Origin: Bugula neritina
Lineage: Eukaryota > Animalia > Bryozoa
DNA length: 64,000 nt
Reading direction: 5' to 3'
NCBI GenBank assembly: GCA_964035545.1
Contig: OZ037766.1
Span: 19,518,767-19,582,766, forward strand
Of the stretch, positions 62,764-64,000 are shown in pieces (the stretch's first letter is position 1; each line of letters opens with the position of its first letter). The notes beneath the pieces are model-generated. The model did not search any database, was not told the origin of the DNA, and worked only from the letters and a program-made list of their open reading frames with translations. Made by a program: the position numbers and the translations under genes.

Positions 62764-64000
62764 CTACATGTTAGCGTTCTCCTTGCCAATGCCATTGCAA
62801 GACACTATCACTGTACCATCTTCTTGCTGTGCAGTCTCAAAATTAACCTTTAAATATAGCATAATGTATTATAATGTACACAATACTAAATACAATTGAA
62901 AATTTTACTATTAACTATTTACTATTAACTGCCGTTAACATGCTGAAGCTATTGACTAGGTCATAAAATTACAATGTTATTTGCAAACTCCGACCTTCCC
63001 TCCAATGTCTGAGGCAAACACATAGGAATTTCAAGAAAAATGCTTCAAACAAAAACAGATTCACAGTAAAGCATCACTAACATTAACAGATAGCAAAGTA
63101 TTTTGTTCATCATCTGATGATGACAAGTGGTTAAAATAATAACAATTTGAACAGTTAATTTGAACATTACCGCTCTAAATCAGTTCAGTAGCCAGCAAGG
63201 AAAATATATTTATGTGAGCAGTTATATATAAATGATGCAATATTTTTTAAAGAATTTGCATACTTTAAAAGCAGCAAAAAATACATTTAAATATTCAAAA
63301 TATTTAATAAAAATATTTTAGCTAGCACAATACTACCTGGCACATTTTTTGAGCAATGTCAATCGCTGTTTCCGTATGCATAGTCAAAGGCCCACATCTA
63401 ACACGTGATAATCCTTTAGCTAGAGCCATAAATATAATCAGCTGAAAAAAATCACCATAAAATAAAACTGACACATATCTCATTCATTTTACATCAAACT
63501 GAAACTATGTAATAGATGCAACATAATTTGCTACATAATAATTGAAGGACCAGTCTGTGGATGATTGACAAATAAATAGAGATTTAATAGTAGATATATT
63601 AAAAGTGATAAAGCTTAAAAGTAGCCTAGCAAAAACACATTGCAAATACTTATACTTGATTTAATTAAATTAAATTAATACTGAAAAGGCAACTCAGAAA
63701 TGTATGCTTCCATAAAATCATGAAATTAAAAGACTGAAAATACTGACACACTGTAGCCCACAAACCTGATCTTGAAGATGTTCATCAACACAACCAAGTT
63801 CTTTTACAGCTTTTATGAGTTCATTGGCAGCGTCATTTGCTACTTCCTCTGCAGGTTTCCCTTTCCGGCCAAATCCTGTCCCACCAAATACACAGTCTGT
63901 AGTTGTGTTGGCAGTCAAAAAGATACCACAACCTGTGGCCATAGCCTCACTAGCTGACAGATATCTACTTTCAATATTAATAGGAATTCTTAGTTTCAGT
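62764..64000 (-). CDS. RTCA: RNA 3'-terminal phosphate cyclase, last three exons (5'-partial): 63766->64000, 63337-63441, 62764-62847
   Basis: ...GTGFGRKGKPAEEVANDAANELI...GCVDEHLQDQ|LIIFMALAKGLSRVRCGPLTMHTETAIDIAQKMCQ|VNFETAQQEDGTVIVSCNGIGKENANM*. Retains the D.(H/Y)LQDQL and catalytic-His (MHT) motifs of RtcA; phase-0 GT-AG introns. Confidence 0.93.

Noticed and set aside
62504-62899. 131-aa + strand ORF
   Set aside because: Antisense to the RTCA last exon and 3' UTR, with no recognisable motif.

Overview
AT-rich eukaryotic (invertebrate-metazoan-like) genomic DNA with GT-AG spliced genes; there are no prokaryotic operons or CRISPR arrays. (1) The window opens on the 3' part of an unidentified multi-exon + strand gene (1-~12.75 kb), whose introns carry a 4 kb G-free 24-bp minisatellite and a TTAA-flanked DNA transposon. 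(2) A complete unconventional myosin-XVIII gene (MYO18A-like) lies on the - strand at 14701-44690. I traced 32 phase-consistent coding exons by hand (~1887 aa: KE-rich region, PDZ, degenerate motor, IQ, coiled coil). (3) A transposon-rich spacer contains two LINE RT relics, a hAT relic with nested elements, a self-nested inverted element, tRNA-derived SINEs and a Harbinger-type MITE. (4) A two-exon gene missing from the ORF track encodes a 78-aa secreted 10-cysteine colipase/prokineticin-like peptide (57475-58623). (5) The window ends on the last three exons of RNA 3'-terminal phosphate cyclase (RTCA, - strand). The main findings are the hidden cysteine-rich peptide, minisatellites built from tandemly amplified splice sites of the myosin gene, candidate alternative and micro-exons, and unusual switch I/II substitutions in the myosin. 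All gene models were read manually and need RNA-seq confirmation.
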